62,139 nt of DNA, taken from positions 1 to 62,139 of the forward strand of contig CAKPHD010000003.1 in NCBI GenBank assembly GCA_934155625.1, written 5' to 3'. The notes below the pieces were generated by a model. It was not told where the DNA came from and ran no database searches. It saw only the letters and a program-made list of their open reading frames with translations. Shown piece after piece: positions 1-9,075 of the stretch. Every line of letters starts with the position of its first letter. Position 1 is the stretch's first letter. A program made the translations under genes and the position numbers. This stretch comes from an uncultured Clostridia bacterium. Lineage in GTDB: Bacteria; Bacillota; Clostridia; TANB77; CAG-508.

Positions 1-305
1 GCTTTTAAACTTGCATCTCTCATCATTTTGTCTTTATTTGTTTTTGCTTTTCTTATTTGTCCTTCTAATATATCTATATATTTATCTATTGATGAATATA
101 GATCTTTATCTTCTGTTACAGCTCTAAACATTTCTCCGTTTGCTGATACTTTAATTTCTGCAATTTGTACATTTTTTTCTACTTTTAACATTACATCTGC
201 TTCAGCATCATCAAAATATTTTGCTACTCTTTCCATTTTTCTCTCTACATAATCGTTTATTGCTTCTGTTACCTTTAGTTCCTTTCCTGTTATTTTTATT
301 TGCAT
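1..305 (-). CDS. hpf: ribosome hibernation promoting factor (HPF/YfiA family), N-terminal part; the 3' end runs off the window
   Basis: Absent from the ORF track because it stays open to the window edge. Reverse translation from the ATG at 305 gives MQIKITGKELKVTEAINDYVERKMERVAKYFDDAEADVMLKVEKNVQIAEIKVSANGEMFRAVTEDKDLYSSIDKYIDILEGQIRKAKTNKDK..., a typical HPF N-terminal domain. AGGAGAG RBS lies 6 nt upstream. Confidence 0.85.
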   Translation of the reverse strand, partial: MQIKITGKELKVTEAINDYVERKMERVAKYFDDAEADVMLKVEKNVQIAEIKVSANGEMFRAVTEDKDLYSSIDKYIDILEGQIRKAKTNKDKMMRDASLK

Positions 306-451
306 AAAAATCTCTCCTCTCTTCGTTATATTTTTTTAGTATATCTTCATTATACCTTTTATTACTATTTTTGGCAAGGTTTTGTTGAAATTTTCTCATT
401 TTTGTGACATAATAGTAGTGCTATAAAGCTGAATTTATGCTTTAGGAAGGA

Positions 452-2869
452 ATGAAAAAAATGAACAACAATCTAAAAAAATTAGAATTTGATAAAATAT
501 TAGAAAACATATCAAACTATTGTAAAACATATATTGGGAAAAAATATGCAGAAGAATTGCGTCCATCACAAGACAAAGCAGAAGTACAAAAGACACTAGC
601 CGAAACAAGTCAAGGAGTAATTTTAATGCAAAGAAACAGCACACCACCACTTGGAGAAATCGCTGACATCACAGTATATTTAAAAACATTAGAAGGCTGT
701 GGTTCACTTAGCATAAAAGCATTATTAGAACTTCAAAACATTTTGCAAATGTCAGCAGACTTAAAAGAATATCTTTCAAAAGACTTTCTTACAACATCAG
801 ACTTCTCTGCCATCGAACCATACTTTGCAAAATTATATGTTAATCCAAGTATAGTCGCTACTTTTGCAAAATCAATTGTTGATGAAGATACAATCGCAGA
901 CATTGCCTCTTCTAAATTACAAGACATTCGTAGAAGAGAACGTAAAATCGAACAAGATATTCGTTCTAAATTAAATACCATTTTGCATTCTTCTACATAT
1001 TCAAAATACATGAGAGAAAATCTTGTAACTATTCGTAATGGTCGTTTTGTAATCCCTGTAAAAGAAGAATACCGCAGTTGTGTAAAAGGATTTGTTCATG
1101 ACATGTCAAGCAGTGGTTCAACTGTGTTTATCGAACCATTAGCTGTATTCGATTTTAATAATGAACTTTCTAATTTACACATAGAAGAAGAACTTGAAAT
1201 TGAAAGAATTTTACAAAACTTAAGTGGCTTGCTATTCCCTTATACAAAAGAGCTAGAAAGTAATGCCAATTTAATTGGAAAACTTGATTTTATATTTGCA
1301 AAAGCTCACTATTCGTTAGAATTGCACTGCACCACTCCAGAAATAAATAATAATAAACAAATTATTTTGAATAATGCACGTCATCCTTTAATTGACCAAG
1401 ACAAAGTTGTACCGATTTCTTTAGAACTAGGCACTGACTTTTCAAGTTTGATTATTACAGGTCCAAACACTGGTGGAAAAACTGTATCTTTAAAAACAAT
1501 TGGCCTTTTATCAGTCATGGCATGTAGTGGTTTAAATATACCTGCAGATGAACATTCTAGCCTCTATGTATTCGATAGTATCTTCGCTGACATTGGTGAT
1601 GAGCAAAGTATTACTGAATCTTTAAGTACATTTTCATCTCACATCAGTAATATTGTAAAAATCACTCAGACAGCCACTGCAGACAGCTTAATTCTTGTTG
1701 ACGAATTAGGTTCTGGTACAGATCCACTTGAAGGTGCACATCTTGCAATCAGCATTTTGCAATACTTTACAGAGCTTGGTTGCCTTACTGTTGCAACATC
1801 ACATTATCAAGAATTGAAAAAATATGCTTTGGTTACACCTGGCTTCAAAAACGCCAGTGTAGAGTTTGATATAGAAAATCTAAAACCTACTTATCGCTTG
1901 CTAATTGGTATCCCTGGAAAAAGTAATGCTTTTGCAATAAGTAGAAAATTAGGATTAAATGAAACTATTATAGATCGTGCCTCTTCTATGATTGACAAAG
2001 AAACTGTTAATCTTGAAGATTTACTTAAAAATATTTATGATGAAAAATCTAAAATTGAAGATGAAAAACGACGTACTTCTATTGCTTTAAACGAAGCTGA
2101 AGAATTGCGTAAATCTTTAAAGAATCAGCATTTTGATGTTTCTAGCAAAGAAAAAGAATTAATTGCTAATGCTAAGCAAGAGGCTAAACAGATTTTAATT
2201 GACGCAAAAGAAACTGCCAATTCTATCATTAAAGATATGGACCATACTAATTCTGCATCAAAAGCCAATAAACTTAGAAATAAATTGAATGACGAAATAT
2301 CTTCACTTTCTGGCTCTGGCTTGAGTAACGCTGGTAATATCGAACTATCTGATAATTTACTTCCACCTATTGAACGTGAAGATATAAAACCAGGCTTGAA
2401 TGTATATGTAAATACTTTAGGTACGGATGCTATTGTTGTTTCTAATATTTCTAAAGATGACACCGTTCAGGTTCAAGTTGGTATAATGAAAATGAAAGTT
2501 GATATAAAAAATTTGTATCAAGCTAAGTCCAGTGGACATTCTTCAAGTACTGCTCACGGAAAAACTAGTATTGGAAGCTCTAACAAAGTGCTTGGTAGTG
2601 CAAATTTTAAAGCTCAAACCGTAAAACCAGAAATTAATGTTTTAGGCTTAACTGTTGATGAAGCTGTTCCAATTATAGACAAATATATTGATGATTGTTT
2701 TATGGCTAAATTATCACCTATTCGTATAATACACGGAAAAGGCACTGGAGCCTTACGTAAAGGAATACAACGTTATTTAAAAACAAATAAGTTTGTTGAT
2801 TCTTTCCGCCCTGGTACTTTTGGCGAAGGTGAAATGGGCGTTACTGTAGTTAACTTGAAAATTAAATAA
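452..2869 (+). CDS. mutS2: endonuclease MutS2 (MutS domain V ATPase + C-terminal Smr domain)
   Basis: 805-aa ORF. Walker A GPNTGGKTV, DELGSGTDP, and a C-terminal Smr signature LGLTVDEA...IIHGKGTGALRKG. AGGAAGG RBS before the start. Confidence 0.93.
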   Translation: MKKMNNNLKKLEFDKILENISNYCKTYIGKKYAEELRPSQDKAEVQKTLAETSQGVILMQRNSTPPLGEIADITVYLKTLEGCGSLSIKALLELQNILQMSADLKEYLSKDFLTTSDFSAIEPYFAKLYVNPSIVATFAKSIVDEDTIADIASSKLQDIRRRERKIEQDIRSKLNTILHSSTYSKYMRENLVTIRNGRFVIPVKEEYRSCVKGFVHDMSSSGSTVFIEPLAVFDFNNELSNLHIEEELEIERILQNLSGLLFPYTKELESNANLIGKLDFIFAKAHYSLELHCTTPEINNNKQIILNNARHPLIDQDKVVPISLELGTDFSSLIITGPNTGGKTVSLKTIGLLSVMACSGLNIPADEHSSLYVFDSIFADIGDEQSITESLSTFSSHISNIVKITQTATADSLILVDELGSGTDPLEGAHLAISILQYFTELGCLTVATSHYQELKKYALVTPGFKNASVEFDIENLKPTYRLLIGIPGKSNAFAISRKLGLNETIIDRASSMIDKETVNLEDLLKNIYDEKSKIEDEKRRTSIALNEAEELRKSLKNQHFDVSSKEKELIANAKQEAKQILIDAKETANSIIKDMDHTNSASKANKLRNKLNDEISSLSGSGLSNAGNIELSDNLLPPIEREDIKPGLNVYVNTLGTDAIVVSNISKDDTVQVQVGIMKMKVDIKNLYQAKSSGHSSSTAHGKTSIGSSNKVLGSANFKAQTVKPEINVLGLTVDEAVPIIDKYIDDCFMAKLSPIRIIHGKGTGALRKGIQRYLKTNKFVDSFRPGTFGEGEMGVTVVNLKIK

Positions 2870-2871
2870 GT

Positions 2872-2946
2872 GGTACGGATGGGACCGGTTCTTAAAAGTA
2901 CACTTTTATGTAAAGTGTACTTTTAAGAACCGGTCCCATCCGTACC
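2872..2946. repeat. REP-like doublet in inverted orientation; forms a 32-bp perfect hairpin followed by a T7 run and acts as the mutS2 terminator
   Basis: GGTACGGATGGGACCGGTTCTTAAAAGTACAC (2872-2903) and its exact reverse complement (2915-2946), with an 11-nt loop, then TTTTTTT. Contains the family core GGGACCGGTTCT / AGAACCGGTCCC. Confidence 0.9.
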
Positions 2947-2968
2947 TTTTTTTGCAAAATATATAAAT

Positions 2969-3523
2969 TTATATTTCCATTTGACTTCCCAAAAAACTTG
3001 CAGCTGACTGAGCAACCTTTTTTTCGACTTCATTCATTTTTGTATTTGATTCTTTAGACAATAAAATTACTGTTCCAATTGTATCCCCATTTGAAATTAT
3101 TGGGTATACTACTTGTGCATTATATTTTCTTTCATTATTATCATTTTTTGTTATAGGAACTGCAACATCACTATTTTCTTTACTTGTATATATTTCTTTA
3201 TCTTCCATTAATTGTTCTAGCTCTTCACTTACATTTTGCTCTAAAAATTCCTTTTTAGGTCCACCAGACATTGCTATTACTGTGTCTTTATCTGTTATGC
3301 ATGCTATGTGTCCAGTTGTTTTTGATAATGTTTCTGCATATCCTGATGCAAATTCTGATAGTTCACCTATTGGTGAATATTTCTTTAATATTACTTGGCC
3401 TTCTCTATCTGTAAATATTTCTAAAGGCTCGCCTTCTTTTATACGCAATGTTTTTCTTATTTCTTTTGGTATTACTACTCTACCTAAATCATCTATTCTT
3501 CTTACAACTCCTGTTGCTTTCAT
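2969..3523 (-). CDS. spoVT: stage V sporulation protein T (AbrB-family transcriptional regulator)
   Basis: 184 aa. N-terminal swapped-hairpin motif GVVRRIDDLGRVVIPKEIRKTLRI followed by a GAF-like C-terminal half. AGGAGG RBS. Confidence 0.88.
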   Translation of the reverse strand: MKATGVVRRIDDLGRVVIPKEIRKTLRIKEGEPLEIFTDREGQVILKKYSPIGELSEFASGYAETLSKTTGHIACITDKDTVIAMSGGPKKEFLEQNVSEELEQLMEDKEIYTSKENSDVAVPITKNDNNERKYNAQVVYPIISNGDTIGTVILLSKESNTKMNEVEKKVAQSAASFLGSQMEI

Positions 3524-3618
3524 AATCTTCCTCCTTTTTGTTTTTTAAGTATATTCTTATTATGACAAAAAAGGAAAAAAATATACATTTGCATTTTAAT
3601 TTTTCAATTTAAAAAAAC

Positions 3619-3647
3619 TTGAATTTAATTTCAAAATATATTATAAT
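3619..3647 (+). promoter_or_regulatory. sigma-A type promoter for ssrA
   Basis: TTGAAT (3619-3624), 17-nt spacer, TATAAT (3642-3647), about 19 nt upstream of the mature tmRNA 5' end. Confidence 0.6.
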
Positions 3648-3665
3648 AATTATTGTATTTTATAT

Positions 3666-4019
3666 GGGGATGTAATGGTTTCGACATTGCATTGGAAACA
3701 CAGATAGCGAGTAGTGGATTCTCGTTTGCCACTTTAAAAAACGAGAAAACTAAATATAAACGCTGATAATACAGAATTAGCATTTGCTGCCTAATTGCAG
3801 CATCGCCTATTAAAATATCCCCACATATTTTAATTTGGTGTCATTTTAGTGGGAAACAAAGCTGTTTTTTCTGCAAAAACAGTGGGTAACTTCGCAGATA
3901 TATCTATCAATCGTTTGTTTATTAATGCTTGTTAGATGAATTTTAATAATAAACTGCACTCGGAGAAGTTTGTGTGGATGGTGTTATGGACAGGGGTTCG
4001 ACTCCCCTCATCTCCACCA
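3666..4019 (+). ncRNA. ssrA: tmRNA (SsrA)
   Basis: 5' GGGGATGTAATGGTTTCGAC pairs with the 3' tRNA-like end GGACAGGGGTTCGACTCCCCTCATCTCCACCA. Internal tag frame GCT GAT AAT ACA GAA TTA GCA TTT GCT GCC TAA (3762-3794) encodes ...ADNTELAFAA, a typical hydrophobic-Ala-Ala degron. Confidence 0.95.
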
Positions 4020-4081
4020 AAAGTTAAAACCATAAAGCGAATGAGATAGAATACTCATTCGCTTTGTAGTAAAATAGATTA

Positions 4082-5123
4082 TTAATTACTTTTTTGAATT
4101 GATGTAACTTTATCATTTTCAAAATAAATATATCGCTCATTACCATAAACCCATTGTTCATATGTACCAGATTTAGTTTCAGTAATATTCTTTTTCTTAG
4201 GACTACCCCAAGCTCCTTTTAAAACCTCTTCTTTTGTCATTCCTATAGATGGTTCCTTAGATTTCTCTTCTTTTTCCTTTTCTGCTGCAGCTAATTCATG
4301 TTCTCTTTTGTCTTCATAATAAATTTTTAAATATTCTTGCATAAATACTAAAAAGTCCTTGTTTTCTTCCATAGTTTTATTAACACTATCTATATCAAGT
4401 AAAACATATTTTTCATTATTGTAATAGTCTCTTGATACATTCTCCCATATACCATTATCACTAGCCGTATCATTTATTCCTCTTTTTCTATAATAATCAT
4501 CATTCTTTCCAAAAAAATAATTTGTTGCATTATGATTTTCTTTATTATTTTTATCAAGCCAAAAATTCATCTCAATTCCAGCATCTTGATAATATTTTAA
4601 ATTAGACAAAATAACTATCTTTCTATGTTTTTGAGGATTGATATTGTTTTCACCAGCACCTACTATCCAAGCTTTTTCTATCGGTTTTTCTAATGAAATA
4701 TAGTTTCCTCCATCAGCCCAATAATACATTAAACCATTCAAAATATCTTTTGAAGTTTGTTCAAGTGAATCATAATTTATTTTGTTATATTCTTCTTGAA
4801 ATTTTTCAAAGAATAAATTATTATGTACTTCTTTTGATGTTGTTTCTTCTGAAATTTTAAAATCATCAGATAAGTTTTTATAATATGTATCTAATGTTCC
4901 TGTTGTTCCTCCGCGAAGAATATAAATATATCATATTATTAGAAATTTTGGAATTCAAACAATCATCTTGCCAAGTTTTTGATATAGATGATATAGAATC
5001 ATTGCTTTGTTCATCATTTTTTATGTTTTTAGAATTGTTTTTATACAATAAACTTGCTATTATTATAATAGTTATTATTGCGATAAAAACAAAAATAGTA
5101 ACTTTTAAAGTTTTCTTGTTCAT
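4082..5123 (-). pseudogene. membrane-anchored/secreted hypothetical protein, apparently split by a frameshift near 4925-4940
   Basis: ORF 4878-5123 encodes only an N-terminal TM anchor (MNKKTLKVTIFVFIAIITIIIIASLLY...). The frame of ORF 4082-4741 is open upstream without an ATG as far as ~4935 (..YIYILRGGTTGTLDTYYKNLSDDFKISEETT..). The two frames meet in the AT run ATATATTTATATT. The C-terminus carries a GMTKEEVLKGAWGSP...YEQWVYGNERYIYFENDKVTSIQ motif common in small Firmicute lipoprotein-like domains. Confidence 0.5.
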
Positions 5124-5138
5124 TTTAAATCTCGCTCC

Positions 5139-5984
5139 TTAAAAAAAGCTGTCCTTACCGAACTTTATAAAAGTATTCGCACTACTTATTGAATTTTTTA
5201 TAGCATTTATTTGTTTATCCCTTTCAATTGAACTTTTTATCCCAAATATCAAAACAATTACTATAACACTTATTAAACCTATCGCAAAAATTCTTGCTAT
5301 TTTTTTATTTTTCTTAACTTTTTCATCATAGTCTTTTTCCATTTTTAAATCAATAGCATCATCTACACCTTCAGAAATTTTATCACTTATTTCTTTATAC
5401 TTTTTAGTTGTTTGTTCATCACCAAATTTTATAATACAATCAAAGTATTGGTTATCTTCTAATTTGCTCTCTAAACTAATACATTTTTCAATCAATTCAT
5501 CATCATTTGAAGCTTTATAATCTATATATAATTTCATTATGTACAACTTTACTTCCTCTTGAGTTAATTCTACAGGTCTTGCTTCAATAATTTGTTCCAT
5601 ATAAAGCTCTGCGCTTAAATAATCTCGATTTTTAATGTAATTTTCGATCTTCTTTATTATTTCATCTTTTGGCGTTGTTGTAAAATAGTTGTTTTTCTTT
5701 TTTTGTTCAATATCTTTTATTACATTTAAATCTTCTTTTGTTATTTTAATTGTATCTCTAGAATTACAATGTGGGCATTTAACATAATCCACAATTTTAC
5801 TTGAAGCATTATTAGCTATTTTATTTTGTTCATATGCATCATACCTTGTTCCTCCAATAGCATTAGCAACTGTACCAATAGCAGCAATTCCAGCCGTTAG
5901 AGCTTCTCTTGTACTAGCCTTTACATCCTCATCTGTATAACACCAAATATGTCCACAAACGTTACACTTTCTCATATATTCCAT
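5139..5984 (-). CDS. hypothetical zinc-ribbon protein with a C-terminal TM helix
   Basis: 281 aa. CNVCGH...CPHCNS (CxxC...CxxC) at the N-terminus, a helical repeat-like middle, and the single TM IARIFAIGLISVIVIVLIFGI near the C-terminus. GGGGGAATAG RBS region. Confidence 0.6.
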   Translation of the reverse strand: MEYMRKCNVCGHIWCYTDEDVKASTREALTAGIAAIGTVANAIGGTRYDAYEQNKIANNASSKIVDYVKCPHCNSRDTIKITKEDLNVIKDIEQKKKNNYFTTTPKDEIIKKIENYIKNRDYLSAELYMEQIIEARPVELTQEEVKLYIMKLYIDYKASNDDELIEKCISLESKLEDNQYFDCIIKFGDEQTTKKYKEISDKISEGVDDAIDLKMEKDYDEKVKKNKKIARIFAIGLISVIVIVLIFGIKSSIERDKQINAIKNSISSANTFIKFGKDSFF

Positions 5985-6014
5985 TTCTATTCCCCCTTAT
6001 TTTCAATAATAGAT

Positions 6015-6476
6015 TTAATATATTACTCCATTTTCCCTTTTATATTCTTCAAAAGCATGTATACATTCATCTCTATCCATTTGCTTTAAATTAATCAAAT
6101 CTTTATTTTCACCCTTTAAATATTGATATATAATGTCATCTCTAAAACCGATACTTCCTGCATCTTCCTTTGTGCAACCATAATATACTGTTTTAATATT
6201 TGCCCAAATTATTGCGGACAAACACATTGGACATGGTTCACATGAAGTGTATAATATATAACCTGATAAATCATAAGTTTTTAGCTTTTCACAAGCTGTT
6301 CTTATTGCAACTACTTCTGCATGAGCTGTCGGATCATTACTACATAATACTCTATTATTTCCTTCTGCTATAATATTACCTTCCTTGTCAGTTATTACTG
6401 CTCCAAAAGGTCCACCTTCTTTGTTTTTGAATCCTTGTATTGATTTGTTTTTGGCTATTTCCATATATTTGTTCAT
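6015..6476 (-). CDS. guaD: guanine deaminase-like CDA-fold zinc deaminase
   Basis: 153 aa. GGPFGAVI, DPTAHAEV (HAE zinc/catalytic motif) and TSCEPCPMCLSAI (PCxxC). Overall very close in pattern to B. subtilis GuaD rather than TadA. Confidence 0.7.
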   Translation of the reverse strand: MNKYMEIAKNKSIQGFKNKEGGPFGAVITDKEGNIIAEGNNRVLCSNDPTAHAEVVAIRTACEKLKTYDLSGYILYTSCEPCPMCLSAIIWANIKTVYYGCTKEDAGSIGFRDDIIYQYLKGENKDLINLKQMDRDECIHAFEEYKRENGVIY

Positions 6477-6505
6477 AATATCGCTATCCTCCTTATTTTC
6501 TAAAA

Positions 6506-6575
6506 GGTACCGTTGGGACCGGTTCTTAAAAGTACCATTTTTTATTGGAACTTTTTGGACCGGTTCTCTGCTGTC
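6506..6575. repeat. REP-like doublet (direct orientation; second unit degenerate)
   Basis: GGTACCGTTGGGACCGGTTCTTAAAAGTACC (6506-6536) and GGAACTTTTTGGACCGGTTCTCTGCTGTC (6547-6575; core TGGACCGGTTCT at 6556-6567). Confidence 0.85.
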
Positions 6576-6621
6576 TCTTTTGACTTATTTTATACTATAT
6601 TATAATAATATTCAAGTATTA

Positions 6622-7932
6622 TTAATATTTATCTCTTACATATAATTGTATTCTTTGTCCTTTTTTTATAACATATGGTTCAGTATATCCTCTTTCATCT
6701 TTTTCCAAAACAATATCATCAACATCCAAAAAATTTTCTGGAACTATTCCAAAAGTTTCCCAAAAATTAATTGCAATAACTTTATTTTCTTGTGTTAAAG
6801 CTGTTATAGAAAACTCATTATTAATTATCTTTTTATATGATTCATTTTTATTATGTAAATAAAAGTCAAAATTGTTCCATTCTTCTATATTTTTCATTGG
6901 AACAATGGTATTATCTAATTTTATTTTATACATATTCTCAATTTCGCACAATCCAAACAATCTATCTATTTTAGTGTCTCTTAAAATTCCATTACTGTAC
7001 ATATCTCCATTATTTAACACAACATATATTTCATCATTCCAACAGCTTTTTTCCAATTGTTTTACATCTTTTATATTAATTCCATCTAATACATTAGTAT
7101 AATCTTTTAAACATCTTAATTTTTGTTTTAAACTAATTTCTTCTATCTCAAGATATTCATCTTCCTCATCACACTTTTTTAAACTTACAAATTTCAAATA
7201 TTTTTTTATGAATAACAACTCTACTATATTTTGATTTTCTTGCATACTTTTTGCCACTATAACTTCTGCAATATCTTTTTTATAACTTTCTGTATTGTAA
7301 TAATCATCTCTATACAATAGCATTATTATATCTGCCTCTTCTACAACAACACTATACAAATCAGTCAGTTTAGGCCTAGCTTCTTCTTTTAGATAAAACC
7401 TTACATCTGGCTTATTTGATAGTTGTGATGTTACTATTATTGGAATTTCTATTTCTTTAGAAAGTGTTTTTAATTTTTTAGTAATTTCTATAATTTTTAG
7501 CTCTTGTATATCATAATTATTATCACTTCTTATTAATTCTAGTGAATCTATTAATATTAATTTTATATTCTTTTCCTTTTTTAAATTTATGCACTCTTCA
7601 CGTATCTTGTTTATTGAAATTGCAGGTGTATCATCTATATATATACCTTTTTCAGAAAAGTCTTCATCTTCAATTGTTTCTGTTATCACTTTGTCAATAT
7701 CTACGTCATTTTTACTACATAATATCCTTTTAATTAAATGTTTTTTTGACATTTCAAGACTAAATATCGCTACTGATAATTTTTGCCTTATTGCTACATT
7801 TGTAGCAATATTTAATGCAAATGCTGTTTTTCCCATTGAAGGTCTTGAAGCTATTACTATTAAATTAGCTTTATTTATTCCTTGAATTGCGTCATCCAAT
7901 TTGTTAAAACCTGTAAAAATATTTGTTTCCAT
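6622..7932 (-). CDS. DnaB C-terminal (RecA-like) ATPase domain protein lacking the DnaB N-terminal domain, fused to an uncharacterised ~220-aa C-terminal region
   Basis: 436 aa. Residues 1-215 align by eye to the DnaB ATPase domain: Walker A ASRPSMGKTAFALN, Walker B LILIDSLELI, IPIIVTSQLS, RPKLTDL....EADIIMLLYRDDYY. The usual LRESGSIEQDAD segment is LYSVVVEEAD, so the Arg/Glu-Ser-Gly residues are lost. The rest (..NDEIYVVLNNGDMYSNG..ENKVIAINFWETFG..) has no motif I recognise. Confidence 0.7.
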   Translation of the reverse strand: METNIFTGFNKLDDAIQGINKANLIVIASRPSMGKTAFALNIATNVAIRQKLSVAIFSLEMSKKHLIKRILCSKNDVDIDKVITETIEDEDFSEKGIYIDDTPAISINKIREECINLKKEKNIKLILIDSLELIRSDNNYDIQELKIIEITKKLKTLSKEIEIPIIVTSQLSNKPDVRFYLKEEARPKLTDLYSVVVEEADIIMLLYRDDYYNTESYKKDIAEVIVAKSMQENQNIVELLFIKKYLKFVSLKKCDEEDEYLEIEEISLKQKLRCLKDYTNVLDGINIKDVKQLEKSCWNDEIYVVLNNGDMYSNGILRDTKIDRLFGLCEIENMYKIKLDNTIVPMKNIEEWNNFDFYLHNKNESYKKIINNEFSITALTQENKVIAINFWETFGIVPENFLDVDDIVLEKDERGYTEPYVIKKGQRIQLYVRDKY

Positions 7933-8024
7933 TGTCTATTCCTCCTAAAATTTTTATAATTATATTTTAATATTGTAATTATAATAATTTTTTTGGCAAT
8001 ATTACTGGTCAATTATTGTCGAAC

Positions 8025-8055
8025 GGGACGGATGGGACCGGTTCTCATCCGTTCC
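8025..8055. repeat. REP-like unit (single)
   Basis: GGGACGGATGGGACCGGTTCTCATCCGTTCC. The arms ACGGATG/CATCCGT are complementary around the invariant core. Confidence 0.85.
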
Positions 8056-8127
8056 ACTTTTTATTTTTGCAGCATATAATATTAAAATATTATGGTATTT
8101 TTACAAATGCCAAGAAATGAGGTTTTT

Positions 8128-9035
8128 ATGGACGATTTTGAATTTAGTTCTAATTTATTATATGAAAATTTACGTATTTTAAAACAATCTTACCCTTTTA
8201 TCCAAACTGGTTCTATTGGCAAAAGCATTATGGGTAAAGATATCCCTTTTATTAGAGTTGGTCGAGGCCAAAAAGAAGTATTTTATTCTGCAAGTTATCA
8301 CGCAAATGAATGGATTACTTCTTTGGTTCTTTTAGAATTTCTATATGATTACTGCAATGCTATCCAAACAAATTCTACTATTTGGAATTTTGATGCTAGA
8401 CGTTTGTTTAATACTGTTTCTATTTATATTGTTCCTCTAGTTAATCCAGACCGGAGTTGATTTAGTTACTGGCGCTCTTCCCACTACATCTCCTTCATAC
8501 AAACAAGCAGAAAAAATTGCTTATGGCTTTGCAACAATTCCTTTTCCTAATGGATGGAAGGCCAATATTCGCGGAGTTGACCTCAATCTTCAGTTTCCTG
8601 CTGGCTGGCAACAAGCTCGAGAAATAAAATACGAGCAAGGCTTCAATCGGTCCTGCCCCTCATGATTTTGTTGGATATGGTCCTCTTACAGAACCAGAAG
8701 CTTTAGCTGTTTATAATTTTACTTTACAACATAATTTTAGACTTATACTTGCTTATCATTCTCAAGGTGAAGTTATCTACTGGCAATTCCAAAATTATAA
8801 CCCTCCTGGTGCTTTTCAAATTGGAACTCAATTTGCTAATGTTAGTGGATATTCTCTTGAACCTACACCCTATAATTCCAGCTTTGCTGGTTACAAAGAT
8901 TGGTTTATTCAAAATTACAATAGACCCGGATATACTATTGAGGTTGGACTTGGTACTAATCCTCTTCCTATGACTCAATTTAAAAAAATCTATGAAGATA
9001 ATTTAGGTATATTGGTTTTAGGAAGTATTCTCTAA
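8128..9035 (+). pseudogene. M14-family gamma-D-glutamyl-(L)-meso-diaminopimelate peptidase / zinc carboxypeptidase, interrupted by two +1 frameshifts
   Basis: Three consecutive frames read through as one M14 peptidase. Frame 1 runs to 8460 (..YHANEW..IVPLVNPD). Frame 2 from 8453 reads GVDLVTGALP...WKANIRGVDLNLQFPAGW..GFN. Frame 3 from ~8649 reads GPAPHDFVGYGPLTEPEALAVYNF...YHSQGEVIYW...GYTIEVG...* with the stop at 9033-9035. Each break is repaired by removing one C immediately 5' of a GG glycine codon (GAC-C-GGA at 8452; AAT-C-GGT at 8648). Likely start is the ATG at 8128 (GAGG RBS). Confidence 0.75.
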
Positions 9036-9040
9036 AATTT

Positions 9041-9071
9041 TGCACCGTTGAGAACCGGTCCCAACGGTGCA
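9041..9071. repeat. REP-like unit (single) between convergent genes; terminator-like
   Basis: TGCACCGTTGAGAACCGGTCCCAACGGTGCA. Perfect 9-10 bp arms around the core, with A/T runs on both sides. Confidence 0.88.
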
Positions 9072-9075
9072 AAAA

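Noticed and set aside
4020-8060. Integrated prophage or genomic island at the tmRNA 3' end
   Set aside because: There is no integrase, no phage structural or replication genes, and I could find no duplication of the tmRNA 3' end (..GGTTCGACTCCCCTCATCTCCACCA) downstream. I report it only as an accessory-looking stretch.
8449-8660. Programmed +1 ribosomal frameshifting in the M14 peptidase gene
   Set aside because: There is no slippery P-site codon (GAC and AAT cannot re-pair in +1) and no upstream SD-like stimulator as in prfB. Two events would be needed in one mRNA. A pseudogene or sequence error is more parsimonious.
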